A stretch of 45,036 bases of DNA from an uncultured Candidatus Planktophila sp. (GTDB lineage Bacteria; Actinomycetota; Actinomycetes; Nanopelagicales; Nanopelagicaceae). The stretch covers positions 38,747 to 83,782 of the forward strand of contig CAZLTK010000001.1 of assembly GCA_964562535.1 (NCBI GenBank), given 5' to 3'. The notes beneath the pieces are model-generated. The model saw nothing but the letters and a program-made list of their open reading frames with translations. It was not told the DNA's origin and did not search any database. Shown here one piece after another: positions 20,359 through 30,951 of the stretch. Positions within the stretch are counted from its first letter, which is position 1. Every line of letters begins with the position of its first letter. Made by a program: the position numbers and the translations under genes.

Positions 20359-21453
20359 TTATTCAGCAGAAATCTTTGCAAAACCTGGCTTTACGATCTC
20401 ATCAATAATCGCCAGACGTTCTTCAAATGGAATAAATGCGCTCTTTAGCGCATTGATAGTCACGCGCTGCAGATCTAAGAAACTCCAGTTAAAAGCCTTA
20501 ACCAACTCGTTCATTTCGCGGGTCATTGAAGTTGCCGACATTAATCGGTTATCAGTATTAACAGTTACACGGAAGCGAAGTTTGGCGAGATCTCCGATTG
20601 GGTGATCTGCAAAGTTTGCAGCAGCACCTGTTTGTATATTTGAAGAAGGACACATTTCCAATGGGATGCGACGATCACGAACATAAGCGGCAAGTTTTCC
20701 AAGGCGCGCAGGTGTGTGGTTCAAATCGATATCGTCGATGATTCGCACGCCATGACCGAGACGCTCGGCGCCACAAAGTTGAATCGCTTCCCAAATTGAA
20801 GGAAGGCCGTACGCTTCACCCGCATGGATCGTGAAGTGAGCATTTTCGCGACGCAGGTATTCGAAGGTATCTAACTGATCACTTGGTGGGAAGCCATCTT
20901 CGGGGCCTGCGATATCGAAGCCAACGACGCCACGATCGCGGTATTTAACTGCTAATTCAGCTACTTCTTGCGAAAGTTGATTCTGGCGCATTCCGCACAA
21001 GAGCAGAACAGCGCGAACCTTGCCTCCAGTTTTAGCAACTTCTTTCTCGCCTTCTTGGAAACCTTGCAAGATGGCTTCAATCGCTTGCGAAAGAGTTAAG
21101 CCTTTTTCAGTTAACAACTCTGGAGCCATACGAACTTCGGCATAGACAACGCCGTCTTCGGCTAGGTCGATTACACATTCGCGCGCTACGCGCACGATGT
21201 CAGTTGGACGCTGCATAACTGCAACGGTGTGCGCGAATGTTTCAAGATAGCGGACTAGCGAACCTGAATCACATGATGCGCGGAACCACTCAGCTAACTC
21301 TCTTGCATCATAGGTTGGGAGCTCGTGGCCGATCTCTTTGGCGATATCGATAATTGTCTGCGGGCGAAGTCCCCCATCCAGGTGATCATGCAGCAAAGCC
21401 TTAGGTAAGCGCTTGACTTGTTCTGGGGTTGGAATCAAATTTAAGTTGCTCAT
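20359..21453 (-). CDS. add: adenosine deaminase
   Basis: [39 protein letters not shown]. Confidence 0.95.
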   Translation of the reverse strand: MSNLNLIPTPEQVKRLPKALLHDHLDGGLRPQTIIDIAKEIGHELPTYDARELAEWFRASCDSGSLVRYLETFAHTVAVMQRPTDIVRVARECVIDLAEDGVVYAEVRMAPELLTEKGLTLSQAIEAILQGFQEGEKEVAKTGGKVRAVLLLCGMRQNQLSQEVAELAVKYRDRGVVGFDIAGPEDGFPPSDQLDTFEYLRRENAHFTIHAGEAYGLPSIWEAIQLCGAERLGHGVRIIDDIDLNHTPARLGKLAAYVRDRRIPLEMCPSSNIQTGAAANFADHPIGDLAKLRFRVTVNTDNRLMSATSMTREMNELVKAFNWSFLDLQRVTINALKSAFIPFEERLAIIDEIVKPGFAKISAE

Positions 21454-22751
21454 TAACCTATCCGCTCAATTACTAGAGGCAGACGATTAACTATTCCGCC
21501 TTCCTTAATCGAAATTGCACCATCTAAAATTTCAAGAGCGCGTTCAAATCTTGCTGGTTCATCGGTATGTAAAGTAAGTAACGGTGCACCTGCCTGAACA
21601 TAATCTCCAGGCTTAGCATGCATCTCGATGCCTGCACCTGCTTGCACTTTCTCGCCCTGCTTCGAGCGGCCTGCGCCTAAGCGCCATGCACTTACTCCAA
21701 CTTTCATCGCATCCATCGTGGTCATCGTTCCAGAGTTTTGAGCGGTGATTACATGTTGTTCAAGTGCAACGGGCAGTTTGGCATCTGGATCTCCACCTTG
21801 TGCGGCAATCATGCGGCGCCAATGATCCATCGCAGAACCATCTTGAAGTGCAACTGCTGGATCTTTTCCAACAATTCCGGCGGCATCGATCATCTCGCGC
21901 GCTAAAAGAATTGTTAACTCAACAACATCTGCTGGTCCCCCACCGGCTAAAACCTCAATAGATTCACGTACTTCAAGGGCATTTCCCGCCGTTAGGCCAA
22001 GTGGAACATCCATCGCTGTAACGAGCGCACGTGTCTTAACACCAGCGTCAATGCCAAGTTGAACCATCGTGCGCGCAAGTTCGGCGGCTTGCTTCGGATC
22101 GCTCATAAATGCGCCGCTACCGGTCTTAACATCTAAAACAAGGGCTGAAGTACCTTCGGCAATCTTCTTAGACATAATTGATGAAGCAATTAGCGGGATC
22201 GCCTCAACTGTCGCGGTTACATCACGCAGCGCATAAAGTTTCTTATCGGCTGGAGCAAGGCCAGCACCTGCTGCACAAATTACCGCTCCGGTATCTTGTA
22301 AAACTTTTAACATCTCTTCATTGGAAAGTGATGCGCGCCAACCGGGTATTGATTCGAGCTTATCGAGAGTTCCGCCGGTGTGGCCAAGGCCGCGACCTGA
22401 AAGTTGCGGAACTGCGCCACCACATGCAGCAACTAGCGGCGCCAATGGAAGAGTTATCTTGTCGCCAACGCCACCAGTTGAATGCTTATCTGCAGTTGGG
22501 CGATCTAACATCGACCAGTTCATACGTTCGCCAGAGTTAATCATCGCCGTTGTCCAACGCGAAATTTCGCGGGAATTCATGCCATTTAGCAAGATCGCCA
22601 TTAGGAGAGCTGACATTTGCTCGTCAGCAATTACTCCGCGGGTATATGCATCAACCGTCCAGTCAATTTGTTTATCAGTAAGTTCATTGCGATCACGTTT
22701 AGCGGCGATAATCTCTACGGCGGCAAATGGTTCGACAGAGTTACTAGTCAA
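21453..22751 (-). CDS. deoA: thymidine (pyrimidine-nucleoside) phosphorylase
   Basis: [40 protein letters not shown]. Confidence 0.95.
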   Translation of the reverse strand: MTSNSVEPFAAVEIIAAKRDRNELTDKQIDWTVDAYTRGVIADEQMSALLMAILLNGMNSREISRWTTAMINSGERMNWSMLDRPTADKHSTGGVGDKITLPLAPLVAACGGAVPQLSGRGLGHTGGTLDKLESIPGWRASLSNEEMLKVLQDTGAVICAAGAGLAPADKKLYALRDVTATVEAIPLIASSIMSKKIAEGTSALVLDVKTGSGAFMSDPKQAAELARTMVQLGIDAGVKTRALVTAMDVPLGLTAGNALEVRESIEVLAGGGPADVVELTILLAREMIDAAGIVGKDPAVALQDGSAMDHWRRMIAAQGGDPDAKLPVALEQHVITAQNSGTMTTMDAMKVGVSAWRLGAGRSKQGEKVQAGAGIEMHAKPGDYVQAGAPLLTLHTDEPARFERALEILDGAISIKEGGIVNRLPLVIERIG

Positions 22752-23142
22752 GACGCTTTTCCATCTCTTCCGGGCCGAATGCCCAAGGTAAAAGATCGGC
22801 TAAGGTTTTGATTCCATCATCTGTTGCCAATTGCAGTTTTGAACCACCATGCTCTTGAAGAAGTTGGCGACAGCGACCGCACGGCATTAACAAGTTACCT
22901 GAGATATCAACACAGGTAAATGCAATTAAGCGACCTCCACCAGAGTTAATGAGCGAAGAAACCAGACCACATTCTGCGCACAAAGTAAGGCCATAACTGG
23001 CATTTTCCACGTTGCAACCGGTCACGATGCGACCGTCATCTACAAGTGCGGCAACGCCTACCGGAAACTTGGAATAAGGTGCATAGGCCTGCTTCATCGC
23101 TGCAGTTGCTTGTTCTTTAAGGAGCTCCCAATTAATTTGCAT
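22744..23142 (-). CDS. cdd: cytidine deaminase
   Basis: AYAPYS.FPVG, GCNVENASY, CAE, PCGRCRQ. Start set to ATG 23142. Confidence 0.95.
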   Translation of the reverse strand: MQINWELLKEQATAAMKQAYAPYSKFPVGVAALVDDGRIVTGCNVENASYGLTLCAECGLVSSLINSGGGRLIAFTCVDISGNLLMPCGRCRQLLQEHGGSKLQLATDDGIKTLADLLPWAFGPEEMEKRLD

Positions 23143-24121
23143 ATGCTGCACTCGCTGCCGCATTGATAGCTGCGCTTTGGGCAGCTAACGGCTTAGATTT
23201 AATAACTATTTCTATTCCTTTGTCGCTGATACCGTAACGGTGTCCGTAGATGCCGGCTTTAGCATCAATAACATCTGAGAGTTGGCTGTTGTTAACTGCT
23301 TTGCCGATAATCGCAGATACTGCGATATCTACTCGCTTAACAACTGAAGCAATTAGATATTTTGAAGTTGCAGGAGTAACGCTTAGATAAAGATCAGGTT
23401 CGGTAATAATCAAATTAACTTCAGGGGCGTTCTTCTTACGATTCTTAGAGGTGTTTGCCTTAACGATCGCCTCAAATAAACCATCAGCTGATCCAGCTGT
23501 GGCATCGTAAATCACATCTATGCCTAGGGTAATTAGCGCCTTTGCAGAGACCACAGATTCAGTTGCGGTGTATTTTACAAAGGAACGCACATTCTTCTTT
23601 GCTGCTGTAACGCCAAGGAGAAATCCATTTTCATAACTATCTGCATTTGAAGGTGTAGTCACCATCGCTACCTTGCCGCTTTTAGTGGCTAGCGCTGCGC
23701 TATAGCCCGCCAAGAAAGCCGCTTCGTTCTCAGAGAAGATAATTGATGTGACATTTAAGGAAGGGATTGAAGCATCTCCGATAATCGCAAATTGGGTATT
23801 TGGAAATTCGATCGCAAGCGGTTCGATAATTCTTGCGTATTGACCACCAACTGCAATTATTGTTGTGCAACTCTTAGTTGTGAGTGTGCGGATTCGCTTA
23901 GTGCGATCGGCGTTGGTGCCATCTGTAACAACGCTTTCGAATGTAAATGAGTACTGACTCTGCGCCTTTTTAACGCCCGCTAGCGTTGCATCGTTAAATG
24001 AGCGATCTCCTGGCCCACCAGTGTCATAAGCGATACAGATATTGCCTGCTGCACTAGCTTGTGGAGCGCTAAAAATTGAAAGCCCGATTGCGGCTATCGC
24101 AAGCGCTGCACGAAACTTCAT
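23132..24121 (-). CDS. BMP family (purine/nucleoside) substrate-binding protein
   Basis: DTGGPGDRSFND, FSENEAAFLAGY, SVVKRVD; signal peptide ending ASA with no lipobox Cys. Confidence 0.85.
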   Translation of the reverse strand: MKFRAALAIAAIGLSIFSAPQASAAGNICIAYDTGGPGDRSFNDATLAGVKKAQSQYSFTFESVVTDGTNADRTKRIRTLTTKSCTTIIAVGGQYARIIEPLAIEFPNTQFAIIGDASIPSLNVTSIIFSENEAAFLAGYSAALATKSGKVAMVTTPSNADSYENGFLLGVTAAKKNVRSFVKYTATESVVSAKALITLGIDVIYDATAGSADGLFEAIVKANTSKNRKKNAPEVNLIITEPDLYLSVTPATSKYLIASVVKRVDIAVSAIIGKAVNNSQLSDVIDAKAGIYGHRYGISDKGIEIVIKSKPLAAQSAAINAAASAAYAN

Positions 24122-25119
24122 TAGAGAACCAAGCCAAGATTTTTATAGGTCTGCGCCAGAGTTGCGCTGGCGACGGAGCGCGCCTTATCAGCTCCATCGT
24201 GAAGTACCTTGATTAGATGAGCCTCATCCTGCAGAAGTTCCAACGCATGAGTGCGGATCGGACGTAGGTAATCAACAACTACCTCGGCAACCGCGCCTTT
24301 AAAGTCTCCATAACCTTTTCCGGCAAATTCATTCTCTAAATCTGCAACGGTCTTTCCAGAAAGTGCTGAGTGAATAGTAAGTAGGTTGCTGATGCCAGGT
24401 TTGCCTTTTTCATCAAAGGTAACTTCGCGGCCAGCATCAGTGGTCGCGCTCTTAATCTTCTTGGTATTGGCCTCTGGCGTATCCATAATTTCTAGAACTC
24501 CTGCGACAGAGCCCGCTGATTTGCTCATCTTATTTGTTGGCTCTTGTAGGTCGTAAATTTTAGATCCTGATTTCAAAATGTAACCCTCAGGTATTTTGAA
24601 GGTATCGCCAAACTTTGTATTAAATCGGATCGCTAAATCGCGTGTTAACTCGATGTGTTGACGTTGGTCTTCTCCAACAGGTACTTGATCTGCTTGATAA
24701 AGAAGAATGTCGGCAGCTTGCAACATTGGGTAGGTGAAGAGTCCTACACGCGCAGTATCTGCCCCGCCTTTTGCTGACTTATCTTTAAATTGGGTCATAC
24801 GGTTAGCTTCACCAAAACCAGCGATACATTCCATAATCCAGCCGAGTTGGTTATGTTCGGCAACATGTGATTGCACAAAGAGCGTTGATTTATCTGGGGA
24901 AATTCCTAAAGCAATTAACTGCGCCGCAGATGCGAGAGTTCTCTTGCGAAGCAACGCTGGATCGATATCACCGGTTAGGGCGTGCAGATCGACGATGCAG
25001 TAGAAGGCATCGTTGCCGCTCTGGAGTTCGACCCATTGCTTTAGCGCACCAAGATAGTTGCCCAGGTGGAAGGAGTCACTGGTGGGCTGTATGCCGGACA
25101 GAACTCTCTTCTTTGTCAT
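24121..25119 (-). CDS. trpS: tryptophan--tRNA ligase
   Basis: [33 protein letters not shown]. Confidence 0.97.
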   Translation of the reverse strand: MTKKRVLSGIQPTSDSFHLGNYLGALKQWVELQSGNDAFYCIVDLHALTGDIDPALLRKRTLASAAQLIALGISPDKSTLFVQSHVAEHNQLGWIMECIAGFGEANRMTQFKDKSAKGGADTARVGLFTYPMLQAADILLYQADQVPVGEDQRQHIELTRDLAIRFNTKFGDTFKIPEGYILKSGSKIYDLQEPTNKMSKSAGSVAGVLEIMDTPEANTKKIKSATTDAGREVTFDEKGKPGISNLLTIHSALSGKTVADLENEFAGKGYGDFKGAVAEVVVDYLRPIRTHALELLQDEAHLIKVLHDGADKARSVASATLAQTYKNLGLVL

Positions 25120-25142
25120 AGTTGTAATTCTCGCATGAATCG

Positions 25143-26435
25143 CTAGTTACGCGATATCAATAACTGCCCAGCGCGCTTGCCTTCCATAGTCAAAACAGTG
25201 ATTCGAATCCCGTTAACGCCAACTACATCATGAGCGACGGGAATTCTGCCTAAGAAATGCATCACAAAACCGCTGGCTGTTTCATATGGACCTTCAGGGA
25301 TTTCTATACCTGTCTGCTCGCGTAAGTCATCGATCGAAATCAGTCCATCAACCTCAAAATCACCTGTGCGAGATTCCACAGAAACTTCGGCTTCATCAAT
25401 GTCGTATTCATCTTTGATATCGCCGATCAGGCATTCGACTAAATCTTCGAGGGTCACGATGCCGTCGGTACCGCCGTATTCATCGAGCACAATTGCTAAA
25501 TGTTGGCGTTGATTGCGCATCTCGGTAAGGGCAGGAAGAACACCCTTGGTGCCAGGAAGAAACATGATGTTTCGAACAAGCTCTTGAATCTTTCCGCCGG
25601 CGCTCACCAACGTTGTGTCAAGTAGATCGCGAACGTGGATAAATCCAATTACCTCATCGGTTGATCCGCGAACGACGGGATAACGCGAATGTGCGCGATC
25701 TACTGCGAGCGCAATCGCTTTGCCAACAGTTAGCGAAGCATCCATGAAATCTACTTCAGTGCGCGGAACCATAACTTCATGCACTTGGCGCTCTGAAGCG
25801 TTAAAGACTTCTTCTACGATATCGCGTTCTTCTGCGGTCAAGGCAGCATGGCCAGTTACCAAATCAAGGAGTTCTTCTTCAGACATCTGGCTGCGTTGTT
25901 CTTTTGGATCAATTCCAAAGATACGTACAACAACATCGGTTGATTTAGAGAGCAACCAAATGACTGGTCTAAAGAATTTGGCGGTGAAATCAATTGGGCC
26001 AGCGCTCCATAGCGATATCTCTTCAGTGCGAAATAGCGCAAGACGCTTTGGAACGAGCTCGCCAAATACAAGTGAGAAGTAAGCGATTACTAAGGTGACA
26101 CCGATTAGCGAAGTTACATTTGCCGCTTCATCTGACAGACCAAGATCAACCAACTGCGGAATGACATAAACGCCAAGTCTTTCTGCGCCAAGTGCTGCAG
26201 ACAAGAATCCACAAACGGTTACTCCAACTTGAGCAGCGGCTAAGAATCGATTTGGGTTAGAGGTAAGGACGGAAACCTTGGCGCCACGTTTACCTCTACT
26301 TGAGAGTTGGCGGACTTGGCTTTCACGAAGTGAGATGAGGGCGATTTCGGCTGCCACAAAGAATGAGCCAAGCAAGATCAGGCCAGCTACGGAGGCGAGG
26401 TCGCCGATTAAAGAACCAATCGGGTAAGGGTCCAT
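25143..26435 (-). CDS. hemolysin-family CNNM (DUF21)-CBS-CorC domain protein
   Basis: [42 protein letters not shown]. Confidence 0.92.
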   Translation of the reverse strand: MDPYPIGSLIGDLASVAGLILLGSFFVAAEIALISLRESQVRQLSSRGKRGAKVSVLTSNPNRFLAAAQVGVTVCGFLSAALGAERLGVYVIPQLVDLGLSDEAANVTSLIGVTLVIAYFSLVFGELVPKRLALFRTEEISLWSAGPIDFTAKFFRPVIWLLSKSTDVVVRIFGIDPKEQRSQMSEEELLDLVTGHAALTAEERDIVEEVFNASERQVHEVMVPRTEVDFMDASLTVGKAIALAVDRAHSRYPVVRGSTDEVIGFIHVRDLLDTTLVSAGGKIQELVRNIMFLPGTKGVLPALTEMRNQRQHLAIVLDEYGGTDGIVTLEDLVECLIGDIKDEYDIDEAEVSVESRTGDFEVDGLISIDDLREQTGIEIPEGPYETASGFVMHFLGRIPVAHDVVGVNGIRITVLTMEGKRAGQLLISRN

Positions 26436-26548
26436 GATGGGTGTAATTCTAAGGCAAAGAACTCGAGAGCCGAAATGTAAGCGAACTCGCCAAAGGCCAT
26501 TTCCGGCGCCCCTTCCCTATTTGCCCGCGCTTGGCATATCCTTTGCGA

Positions 26549-26622
26549 GCCTAGCCAACCGGCTAGCACCTTCATCCTCGGACCGTCGGGCACGTACCTG
26601 CCCGGAGAAGGAGATACCTTAA
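26549..26622 (+). ncRNA. msiK RNA motif-like cis-regulatory 5' leader
   Basis: Hairpin CGGGCA-CGTACC-TGCCCG (26587-26604) flanked by CCTTC/GAAGG pairing over the RBS; upstream hairpin CTAGCC-AACC-GGCTAG; -10 TATCCT at 26537-26542; lies in the msiK 5' UTR, where this motif is known. Confidence 0.7.
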
Positions 26623-27705
26623 ATGGCATCTGTTGTATTCGAAAACGCAACACGTATCTACCCAGGCACAACCAAACCTGCAGTCGACAAGTTAAACCTA
26701 ACCGTTAAAGACGGTGAATTCTTGGTTCTTGTTGGTCCATCAGGTTGCGGTAAGTCAACATCACTACGTATGTTGGCAGGACTTGAAGAAATCGACGAAG
26801 GTCGAATCCTTATCGGTGATCGTGATGTAACAAATGTTGCTCCAAAAGATCGCGATATCGCAATGGTTTTCCAGTCATATGCGCTTTACCCACACATGAC
26901 TGTTGCAGAGAACATGGGATTCGCACTTAAGATCGCTGGAGTTTCTAAGGAAGAACGCGATAAGCGCGTTAATGAAGCAGCTAAGTTGCTCGACCTTGAG
27001 CCATATCTAGAGCGTAAGCCAAAGGCACTCTCTGGTGGACAGCGTCAGCGCGTTGCTATGGGTCGTGCGATTGTTCGCGAACCACAGGTCTTCCTTATGG
27101 ATGAGCCTCTTTCAAACCTTGATGCGAAGTTGCGCGTTGCAACTCGTACCCAAATCGCAGCGCTGCAGCGCCGTCTTGGAATCACAACTGTTTATGTAAC
27201 ACACGACCAAGTTGAAGCTATGACTATGGGCGATCGCGTAGCAGTTCTTAAAGATGGTCTATTGCAGCAAGTTGATACACCACGCAATCTTTACGATGCT
27301 CCAGCAAATGCATTCGTTGCAGGATTCATCGGCTCACCTGCGATGAACCTTCTCTCTGCTCCAGTAAGCGGCGGAAAGGCAATGCTCGGAGATCTCGCAG
27401 TAGACGTTCCAGGATCTGCTGGTTCATCAGTAACTGTTGGAATCCGTCCAGAAGGATTTGCTCCTGCATCATCTGGCTTCAAGGTTCTAGTTGAAGTTGT
27501 CGAAGAACTCGGCGCAGATGCATTCGTCTACGGCAAGCCTGCAGATTCATCTGTGAACTTTGCTAACTCAACCGATGAAGGCGCACAAGTAATTGTTCGC
27601 TGGGATCCAAAGAACCCACCAAAGCCAGGCGACACAATTACTGTCACCGCTGCGGCTGCATCCGTTCACCTCTTCAACGCAACAACTGGAGAGCGCCTAA
27701 AGTAA
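26623..27705 (+). CDS. msiK: multiple sugar ABC transporter ATP-binding protein
   Basis: [43 protein letters not shown]; strong RBS GAAGGAG. Confidence 0.93.
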   Translation: MASVVFENATRIYPGTTKPAVDKLNLTVKDGEFLVLVGPSGCGKSTSLRMLAGLEEIDEGRILIGDRDVTNVAPKDRDIAMVFQSYALYPHMTVAENMGFALKIAGVSKEERDKRVNEAAKLLDLEPYLERKPKALSGGQRQRVAMGRAIVREPQVFLMDEPLSNLDAKLRVATRTQIAALQRRLGITTVYVTHDQVEAMTMGDRVAVLKDGLLQQVDTPRNLYDAPANAFVAGFIGSPAMNLLSAPVSGGKAMLGDLAVDVPGSAGSSVTVGIRPEGFAPASSGFKVLVEVVEELGADAFVYGKPADSSVNFANSTDEGAQVIVRWDPKNPPKPGDTITVTAAAASVHLFNATTGERLK

Positions 27706-27737
27706 TTAATAAGTAATAATAAATAAGTAATAAATTT

Positions 27738-27785
27738 CCCCCGCCACGCATTGTTATAAAATGTGTGGCGGGGGTTATTTATTTT
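27738..27785. terminator. intrinsic terminator, probably bidirectional
   Basis: Stem CCCCCGCCACGCAT / ATGTGTGGCGGGGG followed by TTATTTATTTT, with an A-rich tract on the other side, between convergent msiK and the enolase paralog. Confidence 0.85.
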
Positions 27786-27790
27786 AAGAG

Positions 27791-29059
27791 TTAAAGAGCT
27801 TTAAAGGGGCGTGCGAACTCTGTCTCTTCGATAGCTTCTAATTCAAGTAAGCGATTCCATTTCGCGGTGCGCTCTGATCCATGTGTAGAACCGACTTTAA
27901 TCTGCTGCGCCCGCCAACCGATTGCAATATCTGCCAGCCAAGAATCTTCAGTTTCACCGCTGCGGGCCGAGACAACCGTTGCAAAGTTATTTGCGTGCGC
28001 ATGATCTAGGACGCGATGAGTTGAGGTTAGAAGTCCATTCTGGTTAGCCTTGATCAAAATTGCGTTAGCGCTCTTTTCGGCAACACCGCGTTCGAGGCGA
28101 TGTAAATTAGTTGTGAAGAGGTCATCTCCTAGTATTTGTAGATGTGCAGGAGCGCCTGCGGCAAAAGCTGACCATGAGGCCCAATCATCTTCGGCAAAGG
28201 GGTCTTCAATCGATGAAATTGGGTAGGTAGTAACTAGATCAAGCATCTCTTCTACGAATTGATCTGGTGAATAAATCTGCCCAGATGTAGTTAACGAGTA
28301 CTTGTTATCCGAGAAAAACTGGGTTGATGCAATATCGAGTGCAAGTGAAACTTTTCCAGAGAGACCAAGTTCTTCGATCTGCGCCAGAACAAACTCGCAG
28401 GCATCGTCGGTTGTTGGGAATGAGAGTCCTAATCCACCTTCATCAGCGACTAGATGAGTAACGCCATGGGCTTTGCCATCGCGTGCTGCATGTTCACGAA
28501 TAGCAACGATCCAGGAAAGGGCTTCGGCGAAGCTATTTGCAGAATGTGGAACCACAAGAACATCTTGAATATCAAGGCTGCGATTGGCGTGTGCTCCCCC
28601 AGATAAAATATTTACCATCGGCATCGGCAGTAAGAGCGCACCTTCTGGCTGAAAATACCTTACTAACGATTTGCCAGATGCATGTGCTGCTGCTTTGGCA
28701 ACAGCGAGTGAAGTTGCCAGTGTTGCATTGGCGCCAATAACTTGGTGGCCGGGAGTTGGATCAACTTCAACGAGCAACCCATCTATCGCAGCTAAATTAA
28801 GGCTATGGCCCAATAACTTAGGTGCGATCTTGGAATTGATATTTTCAACTGCTGTGTAAACAGATTTTCCGGCGTAGTAAATCTCTGCTTTTGAGGTTCC
28901 GGCATCGCGTAGCTCGTGCGCCTCATGTGCTCCCGTTGAAGCCCCTGATGGCACTCGTGCGGTGTGTAGCGATCCATCGCTTAAGGTAATTGTTACTGCA
29001 ACCGTTGGTCGACCTCGTGAATCAAGTACTTGATAGCCGAGCAACTTCTTAATATTCAT
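27791..29059 (-). CDS. divergent enolase paralog (enolase-like, probably non-glycolytic substrate)
   Basis: DSRG.PTV, VPSGASTG, GGAHA, DEGG, SIEDP, GDDL, ILIK, RSGETED and QIK motifs present; canonical QE changed to QD and SHRS to SARS. Confidence 0.88.
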   Translation of the reverse strand: MNIKKLLGYQVLDSRGRPTVAVTITLSDGSLHTARVPSGASTGAHEAHELRDAGTSKAEIYYAGKSVYTAVENINSKIAPKLLGHSLNLAAIDGLLVEVDPTPGHQVIGANATLATSLAVAKAAAHASGKSLVRYFQPEGALLLPMPMVNILSGGAHANRSLDIQDVLVVPHSANSFAEALSWIVAIREHAARDGKAHGVTHLVADEGGLGLSFPTTDDACEFVLAQIEELGLSGKVSLALDIASTQFFSDNKYSLTTSGQIYSPDQFVEEMLDLVTTYPISSIEDPFAEDDWASWSAFAAGAPAHLQILGDDLFTTNLHRLERGVAEKSANAILIKANQNGLLTSTHRVLDHAHANNFATVVSARSGETEDSWLADIAIGWRAQQIKVGSTHGSERTAKWNRLLELEAIEETEFARPFKAL

Positions 29060-30030
29060 TACTTGGCGCTTTCAAATAGCTGCTCATAAGTCATAGTCGA
29101 ATCTAACAGGGCGGCTTTAGTTATTGCTACCAATTTCTGCTGGGCCAGCTCATCCAAGTAATTTACTGGTGACACCCCTTCAACCCGAGCCAAAGCAATG
29201 AGAGCAACATGTAGCGGCAGAGTTTCAGCGATGCTTATGCGACTAGTTTGGCGATAGGAATCGAGGAAGTTCAAAGCGGTGCTAGTTATCGCTGCTTTTT
29301 CAGCCGCACTTTGAGTTCTAATCGTTTTACATAATAGATGTGCGCTGATAAAAGCTAAATCAAAGACAGGATTTCCAGTATGTGCGACTTCGAAATCTAA
29401 GACTATTGGGCTGTGATCAGGCGTTGCCAAGATGTTCTTCGGTGAAAAATCGCCATGCACCAAGGCGATTTTCTCAGTGGTTATCTCTTCGATTAGTGAT
29501 TTAATAACTTTCTGCAGATTAGGGTTCTTATCAGCAACTGCGCGATAGAAAGGGCTTACTCGCAACTGTTCAAAGAGTTCGCCTTCCATAAACTTGGCCT
29601 TAATCGCTGAATCAACGGCAGTTGTGTTGTGCCACTGCGCCAAAATCTTGCCGAGTTTTTCACCCATTTCTGGGTGGATTCGTCCTTCCAACATATCTTG
29701 CTTCCAGTTGGTACAGGTGTTTGGAAGACGTGACATTGTTAAAGTGAAATTGGCTTTATCGCAATCAATCAACTCTGGAACGCTATCCGGAGTAATCGAT
29801 TGATAGACCTGCATCGCCTCTGCCTCAACAATTGCGCGGCGTTGATCGGCCACCCACTTTGCTTTCGTCTTTAACTCGGGCAGAGCCTGCTTAACAACTA
29901 ATTCGCACTGCGCACTTTGAACTGCCAAGACAACACAGGAAACGCCACCTGTGAGAACTTCCACGGTGGCGTTACCTGACAACAATCCGCGCTGAGTTAG
30001 GTAAGGGATAACCGAACCTTCATCGAGCAC
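29059..30030 (-). CDS. MtnK/aminoglycoside-phosphotransferase-like small-molecule kinase
   Basis: Gly loop LTGGVS, VVKQALP (MtnK-like), Brenner motif HGDFSPKN, DFE; TAATG overlap with the enolase paralog. Confidence 0.85.
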   Translation of the reverse strand: MLDEGSVIPYLTQRGLLSGNATVEVLTGGVSCVVLAVQSAQCELVVKQALPELKTKAKWVADQRRAIVEAEAMQVYQSITPDSVPELIDCDKANFTLTMSRLPNTCTNWKQDMLEGRIHPEMGEKLGKILAQWHNTTAVDSAIKAKFMEGELFEQLRVSPFYRAVADKNPNLQKVIKSLIEEITTEKIALVHGDFSPKNILATPDHSPIVLDFEVAHTGNPVFDLAFISAHLLCKTIRTQSAAEKAAITSTALNFLDSYRQTSRISIAETLPLHVALIALARVEGVSPVNYLDELAQQKLVAITKAALLDSTMTYEQLFESAK

Positions 30031-30057
30031 GAGGTATTGTTACTTAATCTCTTGAAA

Positions 30058-30951
30058 CTAACCCTTTAGCGAGCCGGACAAGAGGCCACGCAAGAAGTAA
30101 CGACCTAAGAATAGGTAGACGAGCAAGGTTGGGATCGAAACGATCAACGATGCGGTCATGTTATTTCCGTAGTAAACCTGGTTGCCAGAACCGGTGATGA
30201 AATTAAGCGCTGTTGTTGCAACAGATAACTTCGGTGAACCACCAGTTAAGAAGATCGCAAAGAGGAAGTCGTTCCAGGCAGATGTGAACTGCCAGATAAG
30301 AACAACCACGAAGCCAGGAACTGAGAGCGGCAAGAAGATGGTGCGGAAGATACGTACCATTCCGGCGCCATCAACGCGCGCTGCTTCGATTAACTCGTTA
30401 GGGATCGCTGCGTAGTAGTTACGGAAGATCAAGGTACAGATCGGAATACCGTAGATAACGTGCGCAAAGACCAAGACATAGATCGTGTTACCGATTCCGG
30501 CCCACTGGTTGAACTTAGTTAGGGGAATCATGATCGCTTGGTAAGGAATGAACATTCCGAATAGGAATGTTGTGAAGATAAAGGTTGATCCGCGGAAGCG
30601 CCACTTAGCAAAGACGAATCCGTTAATCGCACCGATTACCGCAGAGATAATTGAGGATTGAACAACGAAGAAGAGCGTACGGAACATTGGTTCTTTCAAG
30701 ATTTCCCATGTTGGGCCCCAGGCGCTGAAATCAAGTGAAGTCGGTGGAATGAACGCTGCTGATTGGGTTACTCCAGTAATACCTTTTACGGAGTTAATAA
30801 CCATGATGTAGATAGGAAGCGCAGCAATTACGAAGAGAATGGTTAGTGCGAAGTAGCGGAAGACCAACCAGAACTGGCCTTTACCATCGAGCTTCTTCTT
30901 ATTGCGAACATCAACCTTACGGGTGACGCGGGATGCGATATCTGAACTCAT
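30058..30951 (-). CDS. carbohydrate ABC transporter permease (MalG-like)
   Basis: EAA loop IPNELIEAARVDGAG, FTSAWNDFLF, multiple TMs. Confidence 0.93.
   Translation of the reverse strand: MSSDIASRVTRKVDVRNKKKLDGKGQFWLVFRYFALTILFVIAALPIYIMVINSVKGITGVTQSAAFIPPTSLDFSAWGPTWEILKEPMFRTLFFVVQSSIISAVIGAINGFVFAKWRFRGSTFIFTTFLFGMFIPYQAIMIPLTKFNQWAGIGNTIYVLVFAHVIYGIPICTLIFRNYYAAIPNELIEAARVDGAGMVRIFRTIFLPLSVPGFVVVLIWQFTSAWNDFLFAIFLTGGSPKLSVATTALNFITGSGNQVYYGNNMTASLIVSIPTLLVYLFLGRYFLRGLLSGSLKG

Noticed and set aside
26434-26622. 62-aa ORF ending right before msiK (possible leader peptide)
   Set aside because: It spans two divergent promoters and the structured leader, begins upstream of the predicted TSS, and has no RBS.
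27706-27737. AT-rich AATAAGTAATAA repeated twice
   Set aside because: Only two short copies; best explained as the U-rich tail of the bidirectional terminator, not a CRISPR array or iteron.
27791-29059. Calling this gene the housekeeping eno
   Set aside because: Active-site substitutions and sugar-operon context are atypical, so the symbol is withheld.
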